Below, in pieces: positions 7,907-17,212 of a stretch of 24,000 bases of DNA. This stretch comes from Actinomycetota bacterium (GTDB lineage: Bacteria > Actinomycetota > Actinomycetes > Propionibacteriales > Kribbellaceae), in contig JBKPSJ010000269.1 of the NCBI GenBank assembly GCA_046765875.1, forward strand, positions 1 through 24,000, given 5' to 3'. Position 1 is the first letter of the stretch; each line of letters starts with the position of its first letter. The notes under the pieces were generated by a model. The model did no database searches. It was not told the DNA's origin and saw nothing but the letters and a program-made list of their open reading frames with translations. Position numbers and translations under genes: made by a program.

Positions 7907-7912
7907 ACCGCA

Positions 7913-8704
7913 TCACGCCTGCTTCTGGGCTACGGCGAAGACCCGCCGGAATGGGAGCGGAGTGCCGTACGGCCGCCGCGGGTATGCCTCGGCCAGCCGG
8001 GCGCCGTACTCCTGCTCGAACCGCTCGCGCAGGTCGTCCGGCAGCGACTGCAGCACCGGTCGCGCGCCGGTGCCCTTGATCCACTCGAGCACGGCGTTGT
8101 CGCCGGCAAGGATGTGCAGATAGGTCGTCTCCCACGCGTCGACCGTGCAGCCGGATCCGCTCAGCACATCTACGTAGTCGGCGGCGTCCGGCAGCTTCGG
8201 GTACACAGCCGACGGCGCGGAGTATTCGGCGTACGGGTCGGTGGTGGCGAGCTCGCGCAGGATCGCGTGCAGCGGTGCGTCGGCGTTGCCGGGGATCTGG
8301 ACCGCGAGCCAGCCGTGAGGCCGCAGCCGCTCGACGATCCGCGGCAGCAGATCGAGCTGGTCGGGCAGCCACTGCAGGGTCGCGTTCGACACGATCACGT
8401 CGACCGAGCCGGCCGGGGTGTCGTCGATCCAGTCGCGCAGGTCGCGGACCTCGAAGCTCAGCCGGTCCGAGACCAGCGGCTCGGCGTCGGCGATCATCTC
8501 CGCGGAGTTGTCGACGCCGAGGACCGTCGCGTCCGGCCAGCGATACAGCAGGGTTTGGGTCAGGTTGCCCGGGCCGCATCCCAGGTCGACCACGCGCGCC
8601 GGGCGGACCGGCCGGACCCGTGAGACCAAATCGGCGAATGGGCGGCCGCGCTCCTCGGCGTACCTGCCGTACTGCTCGGGGTTCCATACCGGCGACGTCC
8701 GCAT
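7913..8704 (-). CDS. tam: Trans-aconitate 2-methyltransferase (class I SAM-dependent methyltransferase)
   Basis: N-terminus 'WNPEQYGRYAEERGRPFADLV', SAM motif 'VVDLGCGPGNLT', 'VIVSNATLQWLPD'. The length of 263 aa fits Tam. Confidence 0.85.
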   Translation of the reverse strand: MRTSPVWNPEQYGRYAEERGRPFADLVSRVRPVRPARVVDLGCGPGNLTQTLLYRWPDATVLGVDNSAEMIADAEPLVSDRLSFEVRDLRDWIDDTPAGSVDVIVSNATLQWLPDQLDLLPRIVERLRPHGWLAVQIPGNADAPLHAILRELATTDPYAEYSAPSAVYPKLPDAADYVDVLSGSGCTVDAWETTYLHILAGDNAVLEWIKGTGARPVLQSLPDDLRERFEQEYGARLAEAYPRRPYGTPLPFRRVFAVAQKQA

Positions 8705-8732
8705 ATCCGCTCCCTTGTCAACTGGCCCATTT

Positions 8733-8787
8733 ATCTTGATGTCGAGATATCTTCCCTGCGAGTTGTCTTGATGTCAAGAGTCTTGAC
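8733..8787. promoter_or_regulatory. Two palindromic boxes in the tam/MarR divergent intergenic region (putative MarR operators)
   Basis: ATCTTGA-TG-TCGAGAT at 8733-8748 and TCTTGA-TG-TCAAGA at 8766-8779, followed by TCTTGAC at 8781-8787. The region is AT-rich relative to its surroundings. Confidence 0.5.
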
Positions 8788-8802
8788 GCGTAGCCTCGCG
8801 GT

Positions 8803-9300
8803 ATGCAGGACGAGGTCGACCGGTTGATCGAGGCGTGGCAGCGCGAGCGCCCCGACCTGGATGTGGCGCCGATGGCGGTGCTGTCGCGGGTGAGCCGGCT
8901 GGCCCGGCATCTGGACCGAGCCCGCCGGCAGGCGTTCGAGAGCCACGGGCTGGAGTCGTGGGAGTTCGACGTGCTGGCCGCGCTGCGGCGGGCGGGCGCG
9001 CCGTACCGGCTCTCCCCCGGCCGGCTGCTCAAGGAGACGCTGGTGACCTCCGGGACGATGACCAACCGGGTGGACCGGCTGACCGCCCGCGGACTGGTCG
9101 AGCGGCTGCCGGACCCGCACGACCGGCGCGGCGTGCTGGTCCAGCTGACCGACGCCGGCCGGGATGCGGTCGACGCCGCCATGGCCGATCTGCTCGAGCA
9201 CGAGCACGGCCTGCTCGGCTCACTCACCGCCGCCGAGCAACAGCGGATCGCGAAAGTGCTGCGCGAACTCGTCCGGCCCTTCGACGACGAGCGCCTCTGA
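8803..9300 (+). CDS. MarR-family transcriptional regulator
   Basis: 165 aa with a winged-HTH core 'WEFDVLAALRRAGAPYRLSPGRLLKETLVTSGTMTNRVDRLTARGLVERLPDPHDRRGVLVQLTDAG'. Confidence 0.9.
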   Translation: MQDEVDRLIEAWQRERPDLDVAPMAVLSRVSRLARHLDRARRQAFESHGLESWEFDVLAALRRAGAPYRLSPGRLLKETLVTSGTMTNRVDRLTARGLVERLPDPHDRRGVLVQLTDAGRDAVDAAMADLLEHEHGLLGSLTAAEQQRIAKVLRELVRPFDDERL

Positions 9301-9316
9301 GTCCATAGCGGCCGCA

Positions 9317-11071
9317 CTACTCCGCGCGTTCGGCGGCCTCGAACCAGGCCGCCTCGAGCTCGGCTCGCTGGTCGGTTATCGAGCGCAGTTCGGCGTCCAG
9401 ACCGGTGAGCCGCTCATAGTCACTCGCGTGTGCCGCGATCTGCTCGTGCAGCCCGGTCTCGACCTCGGTCAGCTTGACCAGTTGCCGCTCGATCCGGGCC
9501 AGTTCCTTGCGAGCTGCCCGGGTCGACGCCGCATCCGACACGACCTGGGTGGTCTTTGGCTCCTCATCCACCGCGCGCGCCTGGGTGATGAAGTCGAGGT
9601 ATTGGTCGACGCCGCCGGGGAGATGCCAGATCGTGCCGTCGCCCGGTACGGCGTACACCGTGTCGGTGACCCGCTCGAGGAAGTAGCGGTCGTGGGTGAC
9701 CACGACCAGCGTGCCCGGCCAGGCGTCGAGGAAGTCCTCCAGCACGGTCAGCGTCTCGACATCGAGGTCGTTGGTCGGCTCGTCGAGGATCAGCACGTTC
9801 GGCTCGTCGAGCATGATCCGGAGCAACTGCAGCCGGCGCCGCTCACCGCCGGACAGATCGCCGATCCGGGTCGTCAGCCGGTCGCCGGTGAAGCCGAAGC
9901 GTTCCAGCAGCACCGGCGCGGTCAGCTCGCCACCGCGCCCGGCCCGTTCGGCGGTACGGCGAACCGCGGTGATGTGGTCGAGCCCGGTGACGGCCGGATC
10001 GAGGTCCTCCAGCGCCTGCGACAACTCGGCGGTCCGGACGGTCTTGCCGAGCCGGACCCGGCCGGCGTCGGGCGGCAGGTCGCCGGTGAGGACTCGCAGG
10101 AACGTCGTCTTGCCGGCGCCGTTCGGGCCGAGCATGCCGACCCGGTCGCCGGGGCCGAGCCGGAAAGTCACCCGGTCGAGCAGGGTCCGTCCGCCGAGTG
10201 CGACCGAGGCGTCCTCGACATCGAATACATCCTTGCCGAGTCGCGAGGTCGCCAGCCGTTCGAGCGCGAGCCGGTCGCGTGGGGGCGGCTCGTTCTCGAT
10301 CAGCTGGTTGGCCGCGTCGATCCGGAACTTCGGCTTGGACGTACGAGCGGGTGCGCCGCGGCGCAGCCAGGCCAACTCCTTGCGGATGAGGTTCTGCCGC
10401 CTGGCCTCGGCGCTCGCGGCGATCCGTGCCCGTTCGGCCTTGGCCAGCACGTACGCCGCATAGCCGCCGTCGAACGAGGTCACCTGGCCGTCGTACACCT
10501 CCCAGGTCGACGTACAGACCTCGTCAAGAAGCCAGCGGTCGTGAGTGACGACGAGCATCGCGGAGGCGCGGTCCACCACGTGCTCGGCCAGCCAGGCGAC
10601 CGCCTCGATGTCGAGGTGGTTGGTCGGCTCGTCGAGCACCAGCAGGTCGAGGTCCCGCAGCAACAGCCGGGCCAGCGACGCCCGCCGCCGTTCACCACCG
10701 CTCAAGGTGCCGATTCGGCTGTCCAGGTCGACCCCGCCGAGCAGATGCGTCATCACCGACCGGGCCTGCGGATCCGCCGCCCAGGTGTAGGTCTCGACGT
10801 CACCGAGGACCGCGTGCCCGACGGTGTCGCCCGGGTCGAGCTCATCGTCCTGGCCGAGGAAGCCGAGCCGTAGGTCGCGGCCGTGCGTGACTCGCCCGGC
10901 ATCGGCGGGCTCGCGCGCCGACAGTACCCGCAGCAGAGTGGACTTGCCGTCGCCGTTGCGGCCGACCACGCCGACCCGTTCGCCGCGGCCGATGCCGAGA
11001 CTCACGCCGTCGAGCAGCAGCCGGGTGCCGAAACCCTTGGTGACGGTCTCGAGGTTGACGAGGTTGGCCAT
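9317..11071 (-). CDS. ABC-F family ATPase (Uup/EttA-like, two NBDs, no TM domain)
   Basis: Two Walker A motifs ('GRNGDGKSTL', 'GPNGAGKTTF'), two signatures ('LSGGERRR' twice), and a C-terminal coiled-coil tail. Confidence 0.9.
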   Translation of the reverse strand: MANLVNLETVTKGFGTRLLLDGVSLGIGRGERVGVVGRNGDGKSTLLRVLSAREPADAGRVTHGRDLRLGFLGQDDELDPGDTVGHAVLGDVETYTWAADPQARSVMTHLLGGVDLDSRIGTLSGGERRRASLARLLLRDLDLLVLDEPTNHLDIEAVAWLAEHVVDRASAMLVVTHDRWLLDEVCTSTWEVYDGQVTSFDGGYAAYVLAKAERARIAASAEARRQNLIRKELAWLRRGAPARTSKPKFRIDAANQLIENEPPPRDRLALERLATSRLGKDVFDVEDASVALGGRTLLDRVTFRLGPGDRVGMLGPNGAGKTTFLRVLTGDLPPDAGRVRLGKTVRTAELSQALEDLDPAVTGLDHITAVRRTAERAGRGGELTAPVLLERFGFTGDRLTTRIGDLSGGERRRLQLLRIMLDEPNVLILDEPTNDLDVETLTVLEDFLDAWPGTLVVVTHDRYFLERVTDTVYAVPGDGTIWHLPGGVDQYLDFITQARAVDEEPKTTQVVSDAASTRAARKELARIERQLVKLTEVETGLHEQIAAHASDYERLTGLDAELRSITDQRAELEAAWFEAAERAE

Positions 11072-11091
11072 GACCGGCCCAGCCTACGTAG

Positions 11092-12003
11092 TCAATCCAA
11101 GGATTGGGCGCCGGGGACGGGGCCCTCGGCCTGGCGGACGGTGGCGCACAGGCCGGAGCCGGCGAGGGCGTCGGCGAGGTCGAGTGCGGCCGTCGGGTCC
11201 TCGGCCAGGTAGAGACAGGTCGGTCCGGAGCCGGACACCTGCGCGGCCAGGGCGCCGTACTCGAGACCGAACCGCAGCACCTCGCCGAGCTCGGGGCGTA
11301 GTGACAGCGCGGCGTCCTGCAGATCGTTGCTCAGAGCAACGGCCAGTGCCGCCGGGTCGCCGGATACCAGTGCCACCAGCAGGGCGTCGGGAACCGACGG
11401 CTCGCGCGCCGGGACCCGGCGGTCGGCGCGGAGCCGGTCCAGCTCCCGGTACACCGCCGGGGTCGACAACCCCTCACCGGATACCGCGAACACCCAGTGG
11501 AACGTACCGCGCGTCATCACCTCGGTGAGCAGTTCGCCACGGCCCCGGCCGATGGCGGTGTGACCGAGCAGGCAGAACGGTACGTCGCTGCCGAGCCCGG
11601 CGGCCAACTCGGCCAGCTCGGCCTGTGGCGTCACCACACCCCAGGCCCGGCCGCACGCCACCAGCGCGGCGGCCGCGTCGGTCGAACCGCCGGCCATTCC
11701 GCCGGCGACCGGGATCGTCTTGCGGATCAGCAGATCCGCGCCGTCCTTGAGATCGTGGTACGCCGCCAGCGCCCGCCCGGCCCGGACCGCGAGGTTGTCG
11801 TCGTCCACCGGAACCGGGCCGGCGAACTCGCCGACGACCCTGACGGTGAACTCGCCGTCATCGCGCGGCGTCGCGGTCACGTCGTCGAACAGCGACACCG
11901 CCTGGAACACCGTCGCCAGCGGATGGAACCCGTCCGGCCGCGGCGCACCGACCGACAACACCAGGTTGACCTTCGCCGGGGACCGTACCGTCACTCCACC
12001 CAC
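11092..12003 (-). CDS. ispE: 4-diphosphocytidyl-2-C-methyl-D-erythritol kinase
   Basis: N-terminus 'APAKVNL'-type motif ('SPAKVNLVLSVG'), GHMP kinase motif 'PVAGGMAGGSTDAAAAL', and a position immediately downstream of rsmA. Confidence 0.9.
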   Translation of the reverse strand: MGGVTVRSPAKVNLVLSVGAPRPDGFHPLATVFQAVSLFDDVTATPRDDGEFTVRVVGEFAGPVPVDDDNLAVRAGRALAAYHDLKDGADLLIRKTIPVAGGMAGGSTDAAAALVACGRAWGVVTPQAELAELAAGLGSDVPFCLLGHTAIGRGRGELLTEVMTRGTFHWVFAVSGEGLSTPAVYRELDRLRADRRVPAREPSVPDALLVALVSGDPAALAVALSNDLQDAALSLRPELGEVLRFGLEYGALAAQVSGSGPTCLYLAEDPTAALDLADALAGSGLCATVRQAEGPVPGAQSLD

Positions 12004-12012
12004 ATCCGCAGC

Positions 12013-12933
12013 CTAGACGGCGGCCGAGGCGATCCGGGCGAAGTCTTCGATGCCGAGCACCTCGCCGCGGGCGCCGGGATCGACGCCCGCCTCGGCGAGC
12101 ACGGCGTCCAGTCTCGCCCGGTCCGGCAGCCAGCGGGCGAGTGCGGAGCGAATCGTCTTGCGCCGCTGCGAGAACGCCGCGTCCACGACGGCGAACACCT
12201 GCCCGCGGGTTGCGGCAGTCGCCGGCGGGTCGCGGCGTACGAACGACACCAGCCCGGAGTCGACGTTGGGCGCCGGCCAGAACACGGTCCGGGCGACCGG
12301 ACCGGCCCGCTGGACGTCGGCGTACCAGGCCGCCTTGGCCGACGGGACGCCGTACGTACGCGACCCCGGCGCGGCGGCCAGCCGGTCGGCCACCTCGGCC
12401 TGGACCATCACCAGCCCGTGCCGCAGCCGCGGAGCGATCTCGAGCAGATGCAGCAGCACCGGTACGGCGACGTTGTACGGCAGGTTCGCCACGCAGGCGG
12501 TCGCGTCCCCGACCGCGTCCGGCCCGACCGTCATCGCATCTGCCTCGACCACCGACAGCGCGGCCGTCCGGCTCGGCGCGAACTCGGCCACGGTGTCCGG
12601 CAGAGCCGAGGCCAGCAGCGGGTCGACCTCGATCGCCCGGACGGCGTGGCCCTCGGCGAGCAACGCCAGGGTGAGCGAGCCCAGACCGGGCCCGACCTCG
12701 AGAACCGTCTCACCCTCGGCCAGGCCGGCTGTTCGGACGATCCGCCGCACCGTGTTCGGATCGATGACAAAGTTCTGCCCGCGCTGCTTGGTCGGCCGCA
12801 GCCCTAGCCGCGCCGCCAGTGAACGCACATCCGCCGGGCCGAGGAGTCTTCCCTGCGGAGCGCGAGGGGTCTGGGGGGTCGTCCCCCCAGGATGACTCGG
12901 CCCGGCGGATGCGGGTGTTCCTGCGGCGCTCAC
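12013..12933 (-). CDS. rsmA: 16S rRNA (adenine1518/1519-N6)-dimethyltransferase
   Basis: Motifs '[15 protein letters not shown]', '[16 protein letters not shown]', '[12 protein letters not shown]'. GTG start at 12933, 25 nt after the rpfB stop. Confidence 0.9.
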   Translation of the reverse strand: MSAAGTPASAGPSHPGGTTPQTPRAPQGRLLGPADVRSLAARLGLRPTKQRGQNFVIDPNTVRRIVRTAGLAEGETVLEVGPGLGSLTLALLAEGHAVRAIEVDPLLASALPDTVAEFAPSRTAALSVVEADAMTVGPDAVGDATACVANLPYNVAVPVLLHLLEIAPRLRHGLVMVQAEVADRLAAAPGSRTYGVPSAKAAWYADVQRAGPVARTVFWPAPNVDSGLVSFVRRDPPATAATRGQVFAVVDAAFSQRRKTIRSALARWLPDRARLDAVLAEAGVDPGARGEVLGIEDFARIASAAV

Positions 12934-12958
12934 GCCGCTCAGTTTGTCAGGCGCTGTC

Positions 12959-14116
12959 TCAGGCGCGCTTGCCGCAGACCGGCCAGGCGCCGTAGCCGCC
13001 CTCGGCGGCGCGGACCTTCTCGGCGATCGCGATCTGCTGCGCCTTCGAGGCCTGGTGCGGGTACGCGGCGTACTGACCGCCGCCGTACGCGTCCCAGGTG
13101 CCCTTTGAGAACTGCAGGCCGCCGTAATAGCCGTTGCCCGTGTTGGCCGACCAGTTGCCGCCGGACTCGCAGGCGGCGATCCGGTCCCATACGCTGGTGT
13201 CGCCGCCGCCGCTGGGCGGGCTGGACGGCGCCGGTGCCGGCCGGGACCTGGTTCCGACCGTGACCGCGGCGTTGACCGGCTGCGTCAGCACCTTGGTGGC
13301 CACCGGCCTGCGGATCACGACCTTGCCGTCGTACGAGACGATCAGGTATCCGATCGCCCGCTTGCCGACCTTGCCGGCGGTGGTGGTCTTCGACTGGCCC
13401 TTGTACAACGACGAGGACGCGGTCTTCGTGGTGGTGTACGGGATGTTGACCACCCGCACCACGTTCTTGCGGGTCACGCTGATGACGACGATCCGGGTGC
13501 CGGCCGTGAGCGGCGTGGACAGACCCGGCTTGACGATGTCGTCACCGTCGACCTTCACGTTGGCGCGCTGCAGCGCCTCGGCGACGGTCAGCCCGAGGCT
13601 GCGCATCGGGTACGTCTTGCCGCCGCGGACGATGCTGATCTGCTTCCACGTCCGAACCGTCAGGTTCAGGCCGTCACGGCCGATCGAGGCGCTCCGGCTG
13701 GTGGACAGCAAAGCGTTGTCGTACCGGAGGCCGAGTGCGCTCAGCGCTTCGCTGACGCTGTCCTCGGTGGTCCAGAAAACCTTCTTCTGACCATCTGCGT
13801 TGACCACGAGCCGGCGTCCGAACTGGACCGAGATCTCCTGGCCGTCGTCGAGTTTCGCGCTGGTCGCGGGGGCGACGACGTCGTGCTCGCCTACCGTGAT
13901 TCCCCGCGCCTCCAGCGCATCCCCGACAGTTGAGCCGAAGGTGTGCACCTTCTGCTGTTGGCCGTCGACGGTGACCGTGACGTGCTTGCTCTTCGCTGCG
14001 TACGCGACGGAGCCCCCGGCCACGACGACTGCGGCCGTGGCGCCCACGGCCGCGATGATGGACTTGTGCACTGTGCTCCACAGGTAGGGCGACCCGGGCA
14101 CGGGAGGGGACTGCAC
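12959..14116 (-). CDS. rpfB: Resuscitation-promoting factor RpfB-type (3x DUF348, G5, Rpf transglycosylase domain)
   Basis: N-terminal TM segment, three DUF348-like repeats, a G5-like segment, and the C-terminal Rpf domain '[37 protein letters not shown]'. The start is uncertain: GTG 14116, or GTG 14071 preceded by GGAG. Confidence 0.9.
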   Translation of the reverse strand: MQSPPVPGSPYLWSTVHKSIIAAVGATAAVVVAGGSVAYAAKSKHVTVTVDGQQQKVHTFGSTVGDALEARGITVGEHDVVAPATSAKLDDGQEISVQFGRRLVVNADGQKKVFWTTEDSVSEALSALGLRYDNALLSTSRSASIGRDGLNLTVRTWKQISIVRGGKTYPMRSLGLTVAEALQRANVKVDGDDIVKPGLSTPLTAGTRIVVISVTRKNVVRVVNIPYTTTKTASSSLYKGQSKTTTAGKVGKRAIGYLIVSYDGKVVIRRPVATKVLTQPVNAAVTVGTRSRPAPAPSSPPSGGGDTSVWDRIAACESGGNWSANTGNGYYGGLQFSKGTWDAYGGGQYAAYPHQASKAQQIAIAEKVRAAEGGYGAWPVCGKRA

Positions 14117-14292
14117 TTGGCCGATCGCCGCAGATTCCGGGCATGGTGGGCCCGGCAGGTACGGTCATCGCCCGAGGGGCGTGCGGTCCGGAACCTTCCC
14201 CGATCCCGGCTAACGTTACGAGACCATAACGAACAGTTGGCAAAAGCACCAAATGTCTGGCCGAAACCGCCGGTCTTGGTGTAATGCGCCAA
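14117..14292 (-). promoter_or_regulatory. rpfB promoter and structured GC-rich 5' leader
   Basis: On the minus strand there is a tentative -35 TTGGTG (14252-14247) and -10 TATGGT (14228-14223) with an 18-nt spacer. This is followed by about 100 nt containing hairpins such as CCGGGC-CCACCAT-GCCCGG. Confidence 0.35.
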
Positions 14293-14901
14293 TCACTGTT
14301 CGTGAACGCCCCAGTGGCCCCGATGGACCACTTCGGGCACCTCGCGACGGCCCCTCTTGAGCGATGGCGACCTGCGATTGGGCCGCGGATAACCGACCGA
14401 AACGACCCCGATCGGGGCATACCCGTCGGGTACGCCGAACTCCGCGCGGACCGCTTCGACCCGGTCGGCCGGTACGCCGAAGAAGCACGCTCCGAGCCCT
14501 TCGTCGACGGCGGTCTGGAGCATCAGCAGGGTCGCCATCCCGGTGTCGATGAACCAGTACGGCGCTGACCAGTGCGACTCGTCCCGGTCGGTCCAGCCCT
14601 TGTCCGGCTCGGCGTACCGGTCCAGGTAGCCGTCCTTGTGCGCGAACGCGATGATCAGCAGCGGCGCGCTGGCGATCCCGCGCAGCCACTCGTCGTACGG
14701 CTCGTCGCCGGCGGCGGCTCCCCAGAAGCGGGCCCGGTCGTCGCCCTCGATCACCAGGAACGCCCAGCCCTGGCTGAATCCGGCACTGGGCGCGTGCAGC
14801 GCGTTGGCCAGGATCCGCTCGCGGATCTCGTCGGGCACGGGCCGGTCCGGGTCGTAGTTGCGGACCATCCGGCGCCGCCGGACGACGTCGGCGAACTGCA
14901 T
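14293..14901 (-). CDS. Nitroreductase-family protein
   Basis: 202 aa. 'RRRRMVRNYDP...P' N-terminal motif, 'HAPSAGFSQGWAFLV', and a C-terminal 'GY' segment typical of the FMN nitroreductase fold. Confidence 0.8.
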   Translation of the reverse strand: MQFADVVRRRRMVRNYDPDRPVPDEIRERILANALHAPSAGFSQGWAFLVIEGDDRARFWGAAAGDEPYDEWLRGIASAPLLIIAFAHKDGYLDRYAEPDKGWTDRDESHWSAPYWFIDTGMATLLMLQTAVDEGLGACFFGVPADRVEAVRAEFGVPDGYAPIGVVSVGYPRPNRRSPSLKRGRREVPEVVHRGHWGVHEQ

Positions 14902-14919
14902 GTCAGAGCTCAGACCGGC

Positions 14920-15825
14920 TCAGGAGAGCAGTTTGGCCGCGAGATAAGTCTCGGTGCCGGCCAGCCCGACCGAGCAGAACACCACCGTCTGGTCCGGCGA
15001 GGTCCGGCCCTTGGCGTCACCGGCGAGCACCGCGCCGAGGCTGGTCAGCCGCTTCTGCTGCGGCGTACCGGCGAGCACGAACGGCGGGTCGTACGCCTCG
15101 GTCTGGGCGATCGAGTCGGTCACCGCGACGTCGGCGCGAGCGATCAGGTCGGGCCCGAACTCGGCCCGGCCCTTCTGCTTCGGCCCGACCGTGGTGACGT
15201 ACGCGCCGTCGGTGACCCAGGACGCCTCGATCACCGGCGTAGGACTGTTGGTCGCGAGCACGACGATCTCCCGGTTGGAGACGGCCAGCTTCGGGGTCGG
15301 CGCGATCACCGCGTCCAGCCCGAGCTCGTCGCGGGCCCGGGCCACGAACGCCTCCCGGCGCGGCCGGTTGCGCCCGTACACCGCGACCCGGCCGAGCCTG
15401 CGCACGGTCGAGATCGCCCACAGATGGTTCCATGCCTGTACGCCGGTCCCGACCAGGCCGAGCGTGTCGGCATCCGGTCTGGCCAGCGCGTCGGCCGCGA
15501 CGGCCCCGATCGCACCCACCCGGCGCGGCCCGAGTTCGTTGCCCACGACAACACCGCGGACGGTGCCGTCCTTCCAATCGTGGACGACCACGACCTCGGC
15601 ACCGGGGTGGGCGTCGAAGGAGTCGTACGAGCGGTACCCGAACCACTCACCCTCCAGCGCGCCGGTGGTGAACACCAGTCGGCCGTCCCCCAGATCGGTG
15701 CTGACGCGCGGCGGAGTGCGCAGCCGGCCCGTGTGGGCGTCGATGACCGCGTCGCGCATCCAAGTGACTGCGGTCCGAGCATCAAGCCGTTCTGCGATGT
15801 CGCTATCGGTCAGCACTGTCCGCAT
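14920..15825 (-). CDS. Ornithine cyclodeaminase / mu-crystallin family protein
   Basis: 301 aa. N-terminus 'LTDSDIAERLDARTAVTWMRDA', Rossmann motif 'LGLVGTGVQAWNHL', 'VTTVGPK' segment. Confidence 0.8.
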   Translation of the reverse strand: MRTVLTDSDIAERLDARTAVTWMRDAVIDAHTGRLRTPPRVSTDLGDGRLVFTTGALEGEWFGYRSYDSFDAHPGAEVVVVHDWKDGTVRGVVVGNELGPRRVGAIGAVAADALARPDADTLGLVGTGVQAWNHLWAISTVRRLGRVAVYGRNRPRREAFVARARDELGLDAVIAPTPKLAVSNREIVVLATNSPTPVIEASWVTDGAYVTTVGPKQKGRAEFGPDLIARADVAVTDSIAQTEAYDPPFVLAGTPQQKRLTSLGAVLAGDAKGRTSPDQTVVFCSVGLAGTETYLAAKLLS

Positions 15826-15915
15826 GGTGCCATACTTCAGCCGACTCCAGACCTGAAGTCAACGGGCAGTTCTACCGTCGTCTTCACCGCCGTCGGCACA
15901 GAGTGAATACGAACC

Positions 15916-16821
15916 TCACCACGGACCGCCGAACGCGGCGTCGGCGTTGGCCGACAGCGCCTCGCACAATTCTGGAACTGAGATGTTCAGCACACCCGCC
16001 ATCCTGCGGACGGTATGCGGAATCAGGTACGAGGCGTTGGGCCGGCCGCGGTGCGGTGAGGGGGTCAGGTACGGCGCGTCGGTCTCCACCAGGATCCGGT
16101 CAAGCGGAGTGACGGCGAGCGCGTCGCGCAGCGACTGGGCGTTCTTGAACGTCACCACCCCGGCGAAGCTGAGCCAGGCGCCGCGCTCCACGCACCTGCG
16201 GGCGAGTTCGGTGTCGCCGGAGAAGCAGTGCATGACGAACCGGTCCGGCACCCCCTCACGATCCAGGATCGCCAGGATGTCCTCGTGGGCGTCGCGGTCG
16301 TGGATCATCAACGTCTTGCCCAGCCGCTTGGCCATCGCGATGTGCGCGGCGAACGACTCCTGCTGCGCGGCCCGGCCATCGGGCCCGGTACGGAAATAGT
16401 CCAGCCCGGTCTCGCCGACCACCCGGACCCGGTCCGACCCGGCCGCCAGCCGCTCGATCTCGGCCAGCGCCGCGTCGAGGTCGGCCACCTTCGGCGCCTC
16501 GTTCGGATGCAGGGCTATGCCGGCGATCACGCCCGGGTAGGTGCCGGCGGCGTCTACCGCCCAGGCGGCGCCCTCGAGGTCGCAGCCGACCTGGACGATC
16601 CGGGTGACGCCGACCGACGCCGCCATCCGGACCGCGTCGGCGGCGCCGAGCCAGGCGCCGTCCTCGCCGTCGGCGATGTCGAGATGGCAGTGTGCGTCGA
16701 CGACGCTGATCGGCAACGGGTCCGGCAGTGGCGGGCGGCTCAGGTCGCGCGATCGGCCGTCCTCGCCGGTCGTGGCCCGCGCCCGAGTCGGCCGGTGCAC
16801 CTGTATGCCGTCGGAAGCCAT
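15916..16821 (-). CDS. tatD: TatD-family metal-dependent hydrolase/DNase
   Basis: 'VDAHCHLD' metal motif, 'GETGLDY', '[11 protein letters not shown]', 'HCFSG', 'ETDAPYLTP'. An N-terminal extension of about 40 aa is present. Confidence 0.9.
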   Translation of the reverse strand: MASDGIQVHRPTRARATTGEDGRSRDLSRPPLPDPLPISVVDAHCHLDIADGEDGAWLGAADAVRMAASVGVTRIVQVGCDLEGAAWAVDAAGTYPGVIAGIALHPNEAPKVADLDAALAEIERLAAGSDRVRVVGETGLDYFRTGPDGRAAQQESFAAHIAMAKRLGKTLMIHDRDAHEDILAILDREGVPDRFVMHCFSGDTELARRCVERGAWLSFAGVVTFKNAQSLRDALAVTPLDRILVETDAPYLTPSPHRGRPNASYLIPHTVRRMAGVLNISVPELCEALSANADAAFGGPW

Positions 16822-16864
16822 ACCCGCCAGCCTAGTTCGAGCCTCAACTGTGTTTGACGAGGCG

Positions 16865-17212
16865 CTACGCCGCGGCTGAGGTGGCGGCCGCGTCGCCGGA
16901 CAGCCGTTGCGCCAGCCAGACCGGCACGATGGACACGATGATCAGCGCCGCGGCGACGACGTTGACGATCGGCGCCTGGTATCGGCAGCGTCTGCTGCCG
17001 CGCCCCGGCGGTGAACGTGGTCACGATGATCTCGTCGAAGGACAGCGCGAACGCCAGGAGCGCGCCGGCCAGCAGCGCGGAGCGCAGCATCGGGAACGTC
17101 ACCAGCCGGAACGTGGTCAGCATCGACGCACCCAGGTCGGCACTGGCCTGCTCGAGGTTCGAGCCGAGCCGGCGCAGCCGGGCGATGACGTTGTTGAACA
17201 CCGTGACGATGA
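16865..17212 (-). pseudogene. C-terminal fragment of a PotC/PotB-like ABC permease, internally deleted and frameshifted
   Basis: One frame gives '...[77 protein letters not shown]', which carries the EAA-loop region. After about 16980 the homology continues in another frame as '[29 protein letters not shown]...*' (TAG 16865-16867). The whole N-terminal half is missing. Confidence 0.7.
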
